The translations under genes and the position numbers were made by a program. The notes below the pieces were generated by a model. It had not been told where the DNA came from. It saw only the letters and a program-made list of their open reading frames with translations, and searched no databases. From Camelus dromedarius (Eukaryota), in the NCBI RefSeq assembly GCF_036321535.1, contig NC_087437.1, positions 46,378,001-46,442,000 of the forward strand: a stretch of DNA of 64,000 nt, in the 5' to 3' direction. Of this stretch, positions 25,288 through 37,358 are shown in pieces (position 1 is the first letter of the stretch; each line of letters opens with the position of its first letter).

Positions 25288-27294
25288 TTGAGAAAAGGTA
25301 ATTAGAGCAGTATGGTGGACTCAGAACTCTTTAGGTGGTCTTCAGTGCAGACACTCCTCTCATCACCATCTCTTGCTCCTCTATGTGAAGTTGCAACTCT
25401 AGCCAGCCATGGCTTCTGAACATGACTTGCGATTAGCTACCTCTGATATTTCCCTGGTATTCTCCCTGCTCTTGCTTTCTTTGGGAAACTGGTCTTCTCC
25501 CAACGAATCCAAATTCCACCATCCATGGCTGATCAGTCCAGGGCAACTACCACCCCTACTGGGAAGCCTTTGCAGCCCACCACATGGCACAGTGGTTTTG
25601 CTTTCTCTGAACTCATCACTATGTAACATCTATTGACAAATAAACATGTTTTGTTACATTTTCCTTGTATAGTTTTACACTATTACATTATTAACAGTTA
25701 AACTATTTGAATTTTAATTTTCTTCTCCAACTGGATTGTAAACTCTTTGAAGAACAAGAACAATCTATCATGCACTCCATAGTGGCTGATGACATAGCTT
25801 GAATGGTAGGGTCCTGTAAGTCTTTGCTGATATATTGAATTAATTCTTGTTTTCAGTTTCAAGACAGTTATCCCATATAAAGGATAGCTAAGAATCACCA
25901 AATATTCACACGACTGCGGTGCTTTCTTAAATGAATCTTTTTTCCCTTTCATTTTAAAATTAAACAGATCTGTCAAATGGTTGAGCGGAATGTATCAGAA
26001 CTCTTATTTTTTTTTTTAAGATCCAACCTTAGAGGTATTGAAACCTATTGCACAGAGAGAAATCAGTCAGACTGTTTATCGACTGTGCAGACAAGTAGTT
26101 TCTACAGAATTGTAAATGGCAATCATTAATTAGGTTGCTTTTCCTACACTGCCCTATATAGTGGGGGATGGTTCATGTGGCGATCAGAATGTGATACGTC
26201 TGAAAAGCACAAGATGTGTGAAAGGAGGTGAGAAAAAGCTGAGCTGCGGAAGATGAAGAGCTACCACAGTTTCTGACAGGATGCAGTTTTTGAAGATCAG
26301 AAAATACCTCAACTCTGAATGGGGGGAGGGGGAGGCTTTAAATATTTGAAAACAGTTTCACGTCTCTGTTTCCTTACCCTCAGCTGCACCATATACTATC
26401 TGCTTCTAGGACTCTGCCCCATGTCTTGTGCTTTCTGGAATCTCCCTGCTGCTCTCATTGGCTTCTTTTCAATCGTGATTGTCCCCTATTTGCAAATGAC
26501 ATAGAGATTAGAGACTGTTTCTTATTTTGTGGCTCTTTTTCAAAATTAGGAAAAGCCTCTGCCTGCAGTTGAAATAAACACTTTTTGGTTTTAGAGACAT
26601 ATCTCCTCTCCACTTCTCAAAAACTGTTTTCATTAATTGCTAAAAATGTAACATGGAGTTTAATATTTGAGGAATTCATAGAATAATAAAAGGTTAAAAA
26701 ATAGCTTTAGAATCTGTCTTGCTCAGGTCCCCTATTTTAAAAATTAAAAACAAAATTCATGTAGAAAAAGAGCAAAAAAAATGAGAAAGCAGAGTTCAAT
26801 AATAACCACAATTTTATAAGTAAAGCATACATCTTAAAATTTGAAATTCAATTTAAAATCAGTACTACAAATCCAACAAATAAAATAGTGCCCTGGACAC
26901 ATGTGTGGTATTGTCCTATGTTTTAGTTTACTTCATTTATTAGTCAAAAAACAAGCAATTGAAATCTCCACAGTTTTAGGGACCCTGAGTTCGGATTCCA
27001 TGTGGGGTATGGTTTTTAGTGTGTTAATGGACTTACAGGCCCAGATCAAGGGAGGAATGGCCTCACTATCCTCTCTCTGGTTTTCTGTCTTATTAAAAAC
27101 CAGACTATTTTAACTTGTTTAAAAATATTGTATTTCTCAATTTTCTATTATGAGATATTAAAGTTATTTAATTTTAGGAAATATGCTATACATTTTTATG
27201 GAAATTTCCCAGGAAAAGATTAGAAGACTGCTAATTGCATATTGTTGGTGCTCATATGCTGGTAGGTATCACACTTGATTTTTCTTTTCCAGAA

Positions 27295-27480
27295 ATAGCA
27301 GTTAACATTCATTGAATTCTTAGCATGAACCTAGTTCTTTGCTTACGTCACCATTTATTCCATTGAGTGAGGTACTGGTTATTTCCATTTTACAGATGCT
27401 AAAATTGAGGCTTAGGGAGGTTACCCAGCTTATGAGATTTGAAGCCCTATAGTCTGACTCCAAGGTCACCTACTATTATG
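27295..27480 (-). mobile_element. MIR SINE
   Basis: ccattttacagatgctaaaattgaggcttagggaggtta...gatttgaagccc...tctgactccaagg. Confidence 0.8.
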
Positions 27481-28649
27481 CTAGGCTGACTTTCTAGACA
27501 AAGCACTGTTGGGGTTGGGGAATATCATTCTCATTTCTAACCCAGGAGCACACTGAACAGAGCACAGGTGCTCAAGGGATGCTCTGTCCTCCTCAGTGAC
27601 CTGGGATGAAAAGAAGAATAGAGTCAGATAGGTCGATGGGTGTCCTTTTTGAGTTGTGACTGTCTTCGGTAATTCTACCCCTGACCACAGTGCCCTGGGA
27701 GTCCCCAGGGAAACTCAGAGTCCAGTTATGGTTTCTCTTTGCTACTTAGAACCAGATAAGGTCAAAAGGGTCACTTTCGTAAAGTGCAACTATAGGTTTC
27801 CACTTTACAAATCTTTTCCTATTTGCTGCATTTTGCCTCCCTGTCAAATGAATGTATATGATGAGTTCTTGAATTTTTCAAGTTAGTCAAATATTCTGCC
27901 CTATTTTCCTGCATAGCCCCCAAAGGTCAATATTTTGCCATTTAAACTGTTATCTTAAAGATAGCCTAAAGGCAGTCCCAGAAGCCAAACAAAAATCTGT
28001 GATATACTAGGTTTGGATTTTTGGTTTGGGAAATATATGCTTAGGGTGGAGAAACAGCCTTCACACATTCTTCTCTAAACTGAAATCTTTAGTCTTAGTT
28101 ATAAGAACACCTATTTCATTGCAGTTTTAGATCCAGAAATCTCTGGTGCTCTGGTCAGTTCCCCTGCAGTTGTGGTGCCTGGCAAGCAGGTTGCAAATCA
28201 CTGGCATATCTCCCTGGAGAGCGGGCACTTTACTTATAGACAATAAGAACTCACAATAAAGAACAAAGTCTCAATGCTTCCATTCTCTCCCTCATGTTGT
28301 TAATAATAAAGCCCAGGGTTTCACTCAAAACAGTGTTTCTAGATCCTGAACTCCTTTATTCAGTAAGCGGACCAGGTTCTTCCTTAGCATCAGTGCCTCC
28401 TTTTATAGACTCTTAATCAGGTTATTTCAGGGTAATGAGGATGTCTGTGCCTTTCAGCTGAGGCAGCCAACAACTCTGCTTCCATTCACCCCAGAGAAAC
28501 AATCTCAGGGGAAAGTTGGGGTGAGATTTGAAGGCAGTGTCAGCCCCACCTGATCTGCAATCCCAGGGCCCAAGGGTGGGATAACGAGTGTGGTAGCCTG
28601 GTTCTCCTTTGCTCTTCCCTTCAAGTCCAAGAGCAGGTCTAATAACCAT

Positions 28650-28860
28650 CCCTAACACTTACACATGTTTACTGTGTTCCAAAAACACTTTTCCTCACTC
28701 TTAAAAACTGGCCTCATTCAGTCTTTCTAAGTATCATCTGAGGGAGGGACTGTTGCTATCCCAATTCAGAGAGGAGGCAACTGAAGCACAGAGAGGTTCA
28801 GTGACTTGCTCAGAACTGGGAAGTGGCAGCGCTGAGATATGATCCGAGTTGGTGTAAGAG
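28650..28860 (-). mobile_element. MIR SINE (its right part forms the left arm of the inverted duplication)
   Basis: atcccaattcagagaggaggcaactgaagcacagagaggttcagtgacttgctcag...aagtggcagcgctgagatatga. Confidence 0.75.
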
Positions 28861-28987
28861 AGAGACTTCCTTTGTTCCCTGGGCCCTAGAGAACTATGCT
28901 CTGCCTGATCCACTGGGCTGTGTCCCCACCACGCCATTTCAAAGGGAGATGTGAACTGGGCCAGGAAGAAAAAAGACTGAGGGTGTC
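28782..28987 (+). repeat. Inverted duplication, left arm (206 bp)
   Basis: Reverse complement of 29761-29966 with 5 substitutions by manual alignment; gives near-identical ORFs on opposite strands in the ORF track. Confidence 0.97.
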
Positions 28988-29403
28988 CCCTTCATGTGAC
29001 TGTGGCATGAATTCTCATGGTGCACTTCTCATCCCAGATGCTCCAAAAGCACAGGAGGTCCCCTCCTCCTGGCTGCTCCGGGCCAGGCCACAGCCTCCAG
29101 CAGAGAACTGAAACCAGTCTTTAAAAATAGAGGACGTGAGCAGAGAGGTGCCTAGTTGCTTTCTGTGCCAAGTGGACACAGTGCCAAGCCCTCCTGGAAG
29201 AACTCTCCCATCTCCCTTTCTCCTTGACCCAGCAGGAGAGGGAAGCTGAGTCTTTAGGCAATGTTTCGTTGCCTTTGAACAGTAAGTCCCATTCTAGAGA
29301 GATGAGAGCCTTCACACTTATGTTGGGGTGAACTCTGAAAGGTCAGCCTGCCCTTCTTAGAACACAAAGTCTTGCTTTTTACCACATGCAAGGTCCCACT
29401 GGC

Positions 29404-29435
29404 TGTGTGTGCATGTGTGTGTGTGTGTGCATGTG
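29404..29435. repeat. Interrupted (TG)n microsatellite in the spacer of the inverted duplication
   Basis: Directly visible. Confidence 0.8.
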
Positions 29436-29760
29436 AAAAGCAGCTGAAAGAAGAAGAAAACCCAGGAGCCTCAGTCAGAATTTTAAATAATATTTGGAGT
29501 TGGTTTTGTCTCTTGAAATAATACTTGATATGGAATGGTCAATAACAGAATGACTGTCCTGTTCTGAATTCAAGGTCATTTTTTCTTAGCCCCTGGGCAG
29601 CTACTTTTACCTACCAGGTGGGACTAAAGAAACGTGCATTTCTCGGAGACTGTACTAAGAGCAGTGTGTGTCTGTCTGTCCACGGGGGAGCCTCCCTTTT
29701 GCAAAGTTTACTCCATCCACTAAAGGATTAGCCACAGGAATTCTGCAGGCCTAGCTGAAT

Positions 29761-29966
29761 GACACCTTCAGTCTTTTGTCTTCCTGGTCCAGTTCACATC
29801 TCCCTTTGAAATGGCGTGGTGGGGACACAGCCCAGTGGATCAGGCAGAGCATAGTTCTCTAGGGCCCAGGAAACAAAGGAAGTCTCTCTTTTACACCAAC
29901 TCGGATCATATCTCAGCGCTGCCACTTCCCAGTTCTGAGCAAGTCACTGAACCTCTCTGTGCTTCA
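29761..29966 (-). repeat. Inverted duplication, right arm (206 bp)
   Basis: Reverse complement of 28782-28987. Confidence 0.97.
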
Positions 29967-30740
29967 AAGGTGCATCTTACATTGGGAAGTTTTGCTCCCT
30001 CAGCTCTAGAAAACTCTAATGCTCTCGATTACCTCCCTGCCTCACTCTGTCAGAGCAGAGGTGACCCTCAGATCCAGGCTCATGGCAAAGCCATACCTCA
30101 GAGGATCCCTCTACCATGGCAGTCATGCCCCCAGGGGTCCTGTTGACAGATATATATTTATACATATGTTTGTGTATGTAAATGTGTATTTATGCATATA
30201 CACTATATATATGCAAATTATATATCTGGGAGACTAGGTTCTATGTTTATGCAAATAGTACCAGGATGGGTGACAGATATTTTCCCTCATAAGTGGGTTG
30301 TGAGAAGAAAAACTACTTAATGAAAATCGTAAAAGAAGAACAGAGAATGGTGTTTTCAATTTCCTTGGTGTAAAGTCATTTTCCCCAGATTAAATTGTCT
30401 GTCACTACCTTCCTGGCTGGCCCCTCTCAGATTAGATTTCTTGGAGTACTCTTGAATTCATTTCTATATTTTTGATGCTTTATTACGTGTACATGGCTGA
30501 CACTTAATTTTACTGCTAGAATTTGGTAAACATTAACAGATCACATGCTTCCACTCCCTCTGTGGCCCTCATCCCACATGACTACTCCCTGTTCTGCCCA
30601 CCTTGCTCTTAAGAAAGAGCACTTATTACTTTGCTTTATGGTCGTCCTGAAAATAGACACTGACTCCCGCATAGTGCAGTATACAGAATTTTAATGAGCA
30701 CAAAGCCAGCAGCTCAGTCCTTGCCCTGATATGAACAGGG

Positions 30741-30748
30741 TGACGTCA
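30741..30748. promoter_or_regulatory. Full palindromic CRE (TGACGTCA)
   Basis: Exact CREB/ATF consensus with a retained CpG in CpG-poor DNA; function untested. Confidence 0.3.
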
Positions 30749-33700
30749 GCCTATCCAGGAAATGCTGAATTGATTTTAAAATTGCTTGGAGGGTGAGTAA
30801 ATCGGTGGCACTGTGCATTACTATAAGGCTGCCCTACACTCACTCACATCTTCCCGTTTATCTCAACTAAACAAAATTATTAGAAACCACCTGAATAGAT
30901 ACCTTCAAAATATGGGCTGAAGGATCTGGTGATAATGGTTTTTGTCTTAAGCCTCAATTTTATAAGTTTCCATTATCCTAGATTTAAAATTGTCAGACAT
31001 ATTTAGCTTCCAATTTGAGCATTTTCTTTCTAATTCTAGGATTTGGTTCATTTACTAAAACTGGGATTGCTCTTTTGAATCATCTCTTCTGCCCCTCCCT
31101 CTTCCCACCTCCCACCTACTTGTTTCTTGAAGTACATTTTGGTGCTTCAGCATAAAGGGCACTAGATAATGTTTTCTTTGTATCCCATTCTGCTATATGA
31201 GTGAAAAACCCTGGCATCCAGCTTGTGAAAAACAGGCACTGTGAGCTATTTGTAAGAACAGGCAATATTCAGCAAGACACTGTCTAATGTGAAAGCCAGA
31301 TAAACTCTTTCCATACTCCAACCAAACAATGAAATCCCCAACCCCGATGCAACACCAAATGCATAACAGCCCCTCCTTCAGCTCTCTAGAATATGGTTAG
31401 GTTTTTGAGTTGCTGCTGCTACAACCATTTGCTTTTCTTCTTGCAACCTTCTTTCTAGCTTGCTAGTGTTTAGTGATTAATGAGTTAATTAATTAGCAAA
31501 GATTTCTGAACTTCTTTGAAGAATAAACATACTACTTACTGGGAGGCTGTTGTATGTAACATTAGGGAGACCAGTTAATTCTCTAAGCTTCTTACAAATA
31601 AAAACCCCAAAACCTTTAAAATTGAACTACAGTGACTGCAGAAGTTTTGTTAACCTTTTTAGTGCCTAACTTTGGTAACTCAAGGTTTTGATTTTTAGCT
31701 TTTTACCTGATTCCATGGACACTTTTCTGCTGGAGAAAATTCCCAGTAGATATTCTTTAACAATGATCATTACTATAAGCATTCCTGAGACCACCCTCCT
31801 CCCATTCAAGCAAATCTGACTACTTAATAATTTGTTAAGCCCTATGAAGTATACAAGGAAATGTATGCCCTATTATTTGTCCTCAAGGAGCTTACAGTAC
31901 ACATATTTCAGAACAATAATTCATGATATAAAGCACAATTTGATGTGCAAACAAACGGTTTAGAGAAGTCAGTGTCCTGGGAGAATGAAGAAAGATATCC
32001 TGTGGGTTGCCGTGGTTCCCAAATGAGCCCAACAGTGAAATTTGAACTTTAAGTTGGTCCTGGAAGAACTCAGCCTTTGTGGAGCTTATTCAAAGTTGAA
32101 GGAGTGCTGGCAATAACTGAGGTACTCCTGACACTTGCTTAGGAGTTGGTGCATAGATGGGCCTGACTTGAAGACTGGGTCATCGAGGTTAGAGTAAGTT
32201 TGGAAAGAACAGCAGAGTGAAGAACACCTCAAAATACCCGGCTGAGGAAAATTTTGTTAAACTTATAAAGAATAGAATATTTCATAACACCTAGAGTTTT
32301 CAAGAAAAGAAATGGTTAAATCCTTTATTTCACCACTTTGAAAATGGTGGGAGAGTAATCTTATTTGTGAAATGACTAACCAACCCTGAGTGCAGAAATT
32401 ACGCCAGAACAGAACAAAAGGGAAATTAGAACTCAAACTGTGCCTGGTATAGAAGCAGTATTCACTTACTTCTCCTTTTCCAAAAATTATAATGGGGTTA
32501 GGGTGGGGGTGGGGAACTGAAATCTGTCAAAATGCCTTCCAAGTAGCAATGCTGATATATGCTGGGTGGATATATGAATAAATAACCATGTGGTTGATGA
32601 ACACAATAAAATGAACAAGAGCCATCATGTAAAGCCTAGAAGGAAATTGCCTTTATATCACTCACTTTCTGTTTCATTAAAGATTAACTCATTTTTACCT
32701 ACATATGATGTGAGGCTGGACAAGGAACCTGATCCTTTTTACTCTACATTTGAAAGACAAACGAAAAGCACAGAGCAAACAAATGAAAGCAAAAACAAAA
32801 CAAAAGCCTGACACATCCTACGTGTTAACAAACTGAAATAATGTATTGTTGATTGGTTGTCCTTTGAGAAAAAGTAGCTAAACAACCTCTTGAAGAGGAC
32901 ATTTAAATGTTTTCCAGGTGGCTTTTATTCTGTCAAAACCCATTATGCTGTATGAGGATACATATTTACAGGCTGCGAATACCCAGCTGATAAGAAACCA
33001 TATCTGAATTATTTCTAAGTGTCCTGGGAGCCCCGAGGCAGCTGAAAGCATCTCTGCTCAGATGTCATTGTCAATCAACTGCAGCTGTTACCTGAGTTGT
33101 CATTTACTCATGATCAGGGACTAGGACTTGAACCTGAATCAAGCTTTAATTTTCTTGCACTTGAAATTCAGCAAAACAGTCAACAACTAAATGTAGTCAA
33201 AACTGGTAATATGATGGTTTGTCTTTTAAAGGCACTAGATAATACAGCAATATGTTTTGGAATAATTACTTAAGACCCCAAATTGATTTCTAATCATGAT
33301 TGTTGTTATTATAATTTGTCTGTTTCTGCAAATATGGGTTTCCCTTCAATGAAGATTTTATTTTTGGTACAATTACTAAAATCCGAGTTTGTATATTGTT
33401 GCCATATGTAAACTGTTTAGTAAACTCAGGGTATGGACTAAATCTTAGTGCATTTTCTTAATATTAAATAGCACACATTTTTCATTATGTAGGTTCCTTT
33501 TGAAGAACAAAACCCTGAGTTGCCATTAGGAACTGGGGGCACTTAAGCCATGTAACCTCTCTGATTTTCAATTTTTCCATCTGATATATAAAATAAAGTT
33601 TTAGCTAAATGATATCTAAAGGCTGTTATATTATTAGTTCTATTATATTTGTGATTCTATGATTTTGATTGGTTTCCATCCAAACTGGCAATGACCTCTG

Positions 33701-33831
33701 TAAGTTCAAACCTGAAGGGCCGTAGTATGTTTGCCTTAGTACATCAGCCATAGAACTGAGTGGGCTTCAACATGACAAAACCTGTTTATAGACACACTGT
33801 ATGACTCCTCTTTTCCAGCCATCTGTCCCAT

Positions 33832-34014
33832 TTGTTCTCAAAAGGTGGTCCCTAGACCAACACCATCAGCATCATCTGGGAACTTGCTCCAGTGCACACT
33901 CTCAGGCCCTGCCCCAGACCTACTGAATCAGAAACTCCAGAGGTGAAACCCAGCTTTCTAAATTTTAACAAGCCTTCTAAATGTTGCTGATGCTTGTTAA
34001 AGTTTGAAGATACT
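33832..34014. mobile_element. MER5A (hAT-Charlie MITE)
   Basis: gttctcaaaaggtggtccctagacc...catcagcatcatctgggaacttg...cccagacctactgaatcagaaactc...ttaaagtttgaaga. Confidence 0.85.
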
Positions 34015-34535
34015 ATTCATGAAGTCAAAGTTGCAGGTTCAAACTCTGAAGTGTTAATTCTATACCCAGACCCTAACCCACATTGTTACAAATGTCCTCG
34101 ATTGTTCGTCAGAGAGATTGGGATACACTGCCTGGCTGGTTCAGCTCTACTGCAACTTGCAGGTCTTGACCAATTTTTGAACAATTAATTTAGATTGAGA
34201 GTGTCTGTCAATAGCTTTCAAAGAAATCTATTGCTCTGATCCCCAACTCTATACAAGTAGAATCCTTTCTTTCTTGACTCCTCAGTGACACCTTCTCTTT
34301 GATTAGACCTGTTTCCTTACAGTACACTTTACTCATCCTTGTTCCTTCCCACCTCCATGTCTTGGCTTGTTGTTTTTTCCATTGCCTGGAATAAATTCTG
34401 GATTTTCTCTCTGCCAATCCAAATCGATCAAAACTTGCAGATAATCACTGTCTCCAAGAAGCTTTTCCTTAATCTTATCCCATCGCACTTAAAAAAATTC
34501 TGTCTCTTGAACACCCTTAAATGTATCACCTGGAA

Positions 34536-34716
34536 CAGCATTCCTCAAGTGGAGTTATACAACCCAATCTCCTGAAAGAGATTTTAAAAAATACAGATTC
34601 CTGTGTGCCCCTCCCAGCAACCTCCTGAAACAGAATCTCTGGGGTGAAGAATATGCCTTTAACTAGGTTCTCAAGAGATCTACGTGCAGCTAGACACGGT
34701 GTCTAGAAATCACTGA
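34536..34716. mobile_element. MER5-family hAT-Charlie MITE
   Basis: aaaatacagattcctg...cctcctgaaacagaatctctgggg...agaaatcactg. Confidence 0.6.
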
Positions 34717-34727
34717 CCTAGCTAGAA

Positions 34728-34968
34728 CAAGGTTTGTGACATTTTTCCTGTAAAGGGTCACATGGTAAATATTTTGGGCTGGTGGGTCACACAACCTCTC
34801 TTATGGCTACTGAATCAGGCTTTAATCTCAACACGGCTGTTACAGTACAAAAGCAGCCATAGACAATAAACAAATAAGGCATGGCTGTGTTTCATTACAA
34901 TTTTTTTTTTGTAAAATTATTTATTTTACAAAAATAGGGTCCAGAGGCTGTAGTTTTCGGATCCCTCA
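34728..34968. mobile_element. MER58A-like hAT-Charlie MITE
   Basis: ctgtaaagggtcacatggtaaatattttgggc...aaagcagccatagacaata...ggcatggctgtgtt...tttacaaaaatagg. Confidence 0.85.
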
Positions 34969-37205
34969 GCTAGATTATTGCTTAATTTGATAAAAATGAA
35001 CTACAATGTCTAGAAGTTTACCCTGACTCAGTAGATGCTTTTGGAATGCATTAATACATCAGGGAACCCAAAGTAGTGCAGTGGGTGAGACATTTTAAAT
35101 TTGAACTAGATACTTATCACAAAGTAATACTACTAGATGATCTTGACTAAAATCATGCTGACATAGGGAAACTCTTGGAGGTCTGGGGAGAGGGAAAATG
35201 GAAAGCACGCAGTATACATCTGAATTCTAATTAAGCCCGCTCATTTCTTGGTTTTCCATCTACAAATTATATACTACCTAATTGACTTCCTGATAAATGG
35301 TTGGTTGAGGAGTAATTTGTTTACTGTTTTAGAAATGTTAGATAGATGAGTATTATTGCAGAGCAAGGTTTCTAAGGAAGAACCAAGAATAAGCAGCATT
35401 AAAACTGTGTTTTTTGATTCCTGAGCAAAAGCTTTAGTTAAACGTCTCCTGGAAAGTGGCACTTTGCCCCCAACTCAAATGTCACTCTGCTCTCCCATTT
35501 TACTCAGGAAAACCTCAAATACATTGTGTGGTTGATATTGAAAGACGTCAGGATCAAAGTGTATTTAAAGTTGCTAAGAGGAAGCAGATGTTCTTTTTAG
35601 CTGGGCAAAAGATTCTCAGAGTTTCCAGTGAAATATAAACTTCTTGAAGTCCCCATGGGATCATGCCTTAAAATGTCATGGTTTTGTTTATGCTTCCCAT
35701 ATGCAAAACGATGGTGAAATGTGCTGTTCTGGGAGAGACTGAGGAAAGTTAATGAGCTAGAAACAATAAGGAACTCTATACTTGGCAAAAAAATGGAACG
35801 GATGTTATCTTTAAAAAAAAAAAAGCAACTAGGACAAGATTAGAATAGTTATTTCCCTCAATTCTGCTCACGCTCTGTCTCATGCTTTCTCTCTCTCTCT
35901 TTAAACATCTTTCTCTGAATTACCCTGTTTGGCTGGATTACCAATTAGTTTTCTTTATACTTCCTGCTCTCATGTTTTTTCAAATAGTAAATACGTTTTT
36001 TTCTTGTTCCCTATAGATTGTACCTTTTTCACTATAGTTGGTAACCAAGAAATAGTTGCGAAGAAAAGAATAGTTCATGCTTTTAAACTTCAGCTGAAGT
36101 CAAAGTGTGACACTAATGCTTTGAAGCATGATCTGAATGCAGACAAGTATAATTTTCAGCCAGAAAAAATGCCCAGAGACTTGTATTTCTTCCTGGTCAC
36201 AGGGGCATCAAGTAGTTGACCCTATGGTGAAATGCTAAACAAATATAATATTTCATGTATTTTATTTTCTTGTACACTTGAGAGGAAGGTAAGCCAAGGA
36301 AGATGAGGGATTCTACAAGGTTCAAGACCAGCCTTAAGTTGAAAAGGGAAGAGAGGAAACAACCAGAATGTTCTTGGTTCTTGAATTCCTGTAGAATGAT
36401 TAAATGTTAAGACCACAGTCAAGGGTGGTGAACTTATTTTTCCTGTTTACTCTTTCTGGGTAATTCAGTGAAGGATTAATTGGTCAAAATTGAGATACAA
36501 CTATAATGACTATGGCTGTTTAAGCATACAATCAATGAATTTGTCTTTCCATACTTTGCTGAAGTTTATTAATTAGGACTGATCCTGGTGCCATCATCGG
36601 GAACTAAGACAGATATGAATAGATCTAGAAAAGGAGACTACTGCTTTCTCTGGAAAGCAGTAGGGCATTTATCTGAGGGATTGTTCAGGAAGGCTGTCTG
36701 GTCTTCATTTTGAAAGGCGGAGGGAGGAAAGTTTATTTAGGATATGCAGAACATCTATTATTTCTAAATAATACAAAGACATCTTAAACTATAAGCAGCT
36801 CGCTCTAGGAACCATGTCTTAATCATATTCTCATGTCCAGACATGGCATAGGAAAAAAGTGCCCAGTAAGGTTCTTTGCATGGACAAATGCCTGCCCATC
36901 ACTAATTAGGGCATGGAAAAGAATAGAAGACTCATCTTTGAAATAGTAGTGGTGGTTACTGACTTATCTTTCCATCTCATGTCAAGGAATTGGATGAATT
37001 ATCCATCTTGACAAGAAGAGTGTACATTAGAGCTGGAAGGCCCCCTCACTATTCCATTTTTGTAGATGAAAATACAGATTCAAAGAAGAAAATTTCTTCC
37101 CTTAACATCATTTTTGTGGTTGTTTTTATAAACGTTTATATGGATATTTTGATTCTATTTTCATTGTTTTTGTTTGATCCCTCCATCCAACAACCCTGTG
37201 TTGTA

Positions 37206-37358
37206 CAGTCGTCCCACTATATTCGTGGGCTTCCCAGCTGGTTGAATCTGCGGCTGTGGAAGCTTGTGCTTTGGTATTTTCTTGAGGGACTTAAGCATTG
37301 ATTCTGGTAACTGCGCGGGTTCTGGAACCATTCCCTTGAGGGTACAGAGGAATGATTG
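37206..37358. mobile_element. Short MER2-like Tigger MITE inserted in a MIR
   Basis: TA|cagtcgtccc...gagggacttaagcat...ctggaaccattccc...gaatgattg|TA, with MIR-like sequence on both sides. Confidence 0.7.

Noticed and set aside
28734..30146. Two near-identical MAWWGHSP... ORFs on opposite strands
   Set aside because: A by-product of the inverted duplication and partly MIR-derived; not evidence of paralogous genes
35990..36219. Strong polypyrimidine acceptor (ttttttcttgttccctatag) followed by an open frame
   Set aside because: No convincing donor and no recognisable peptide
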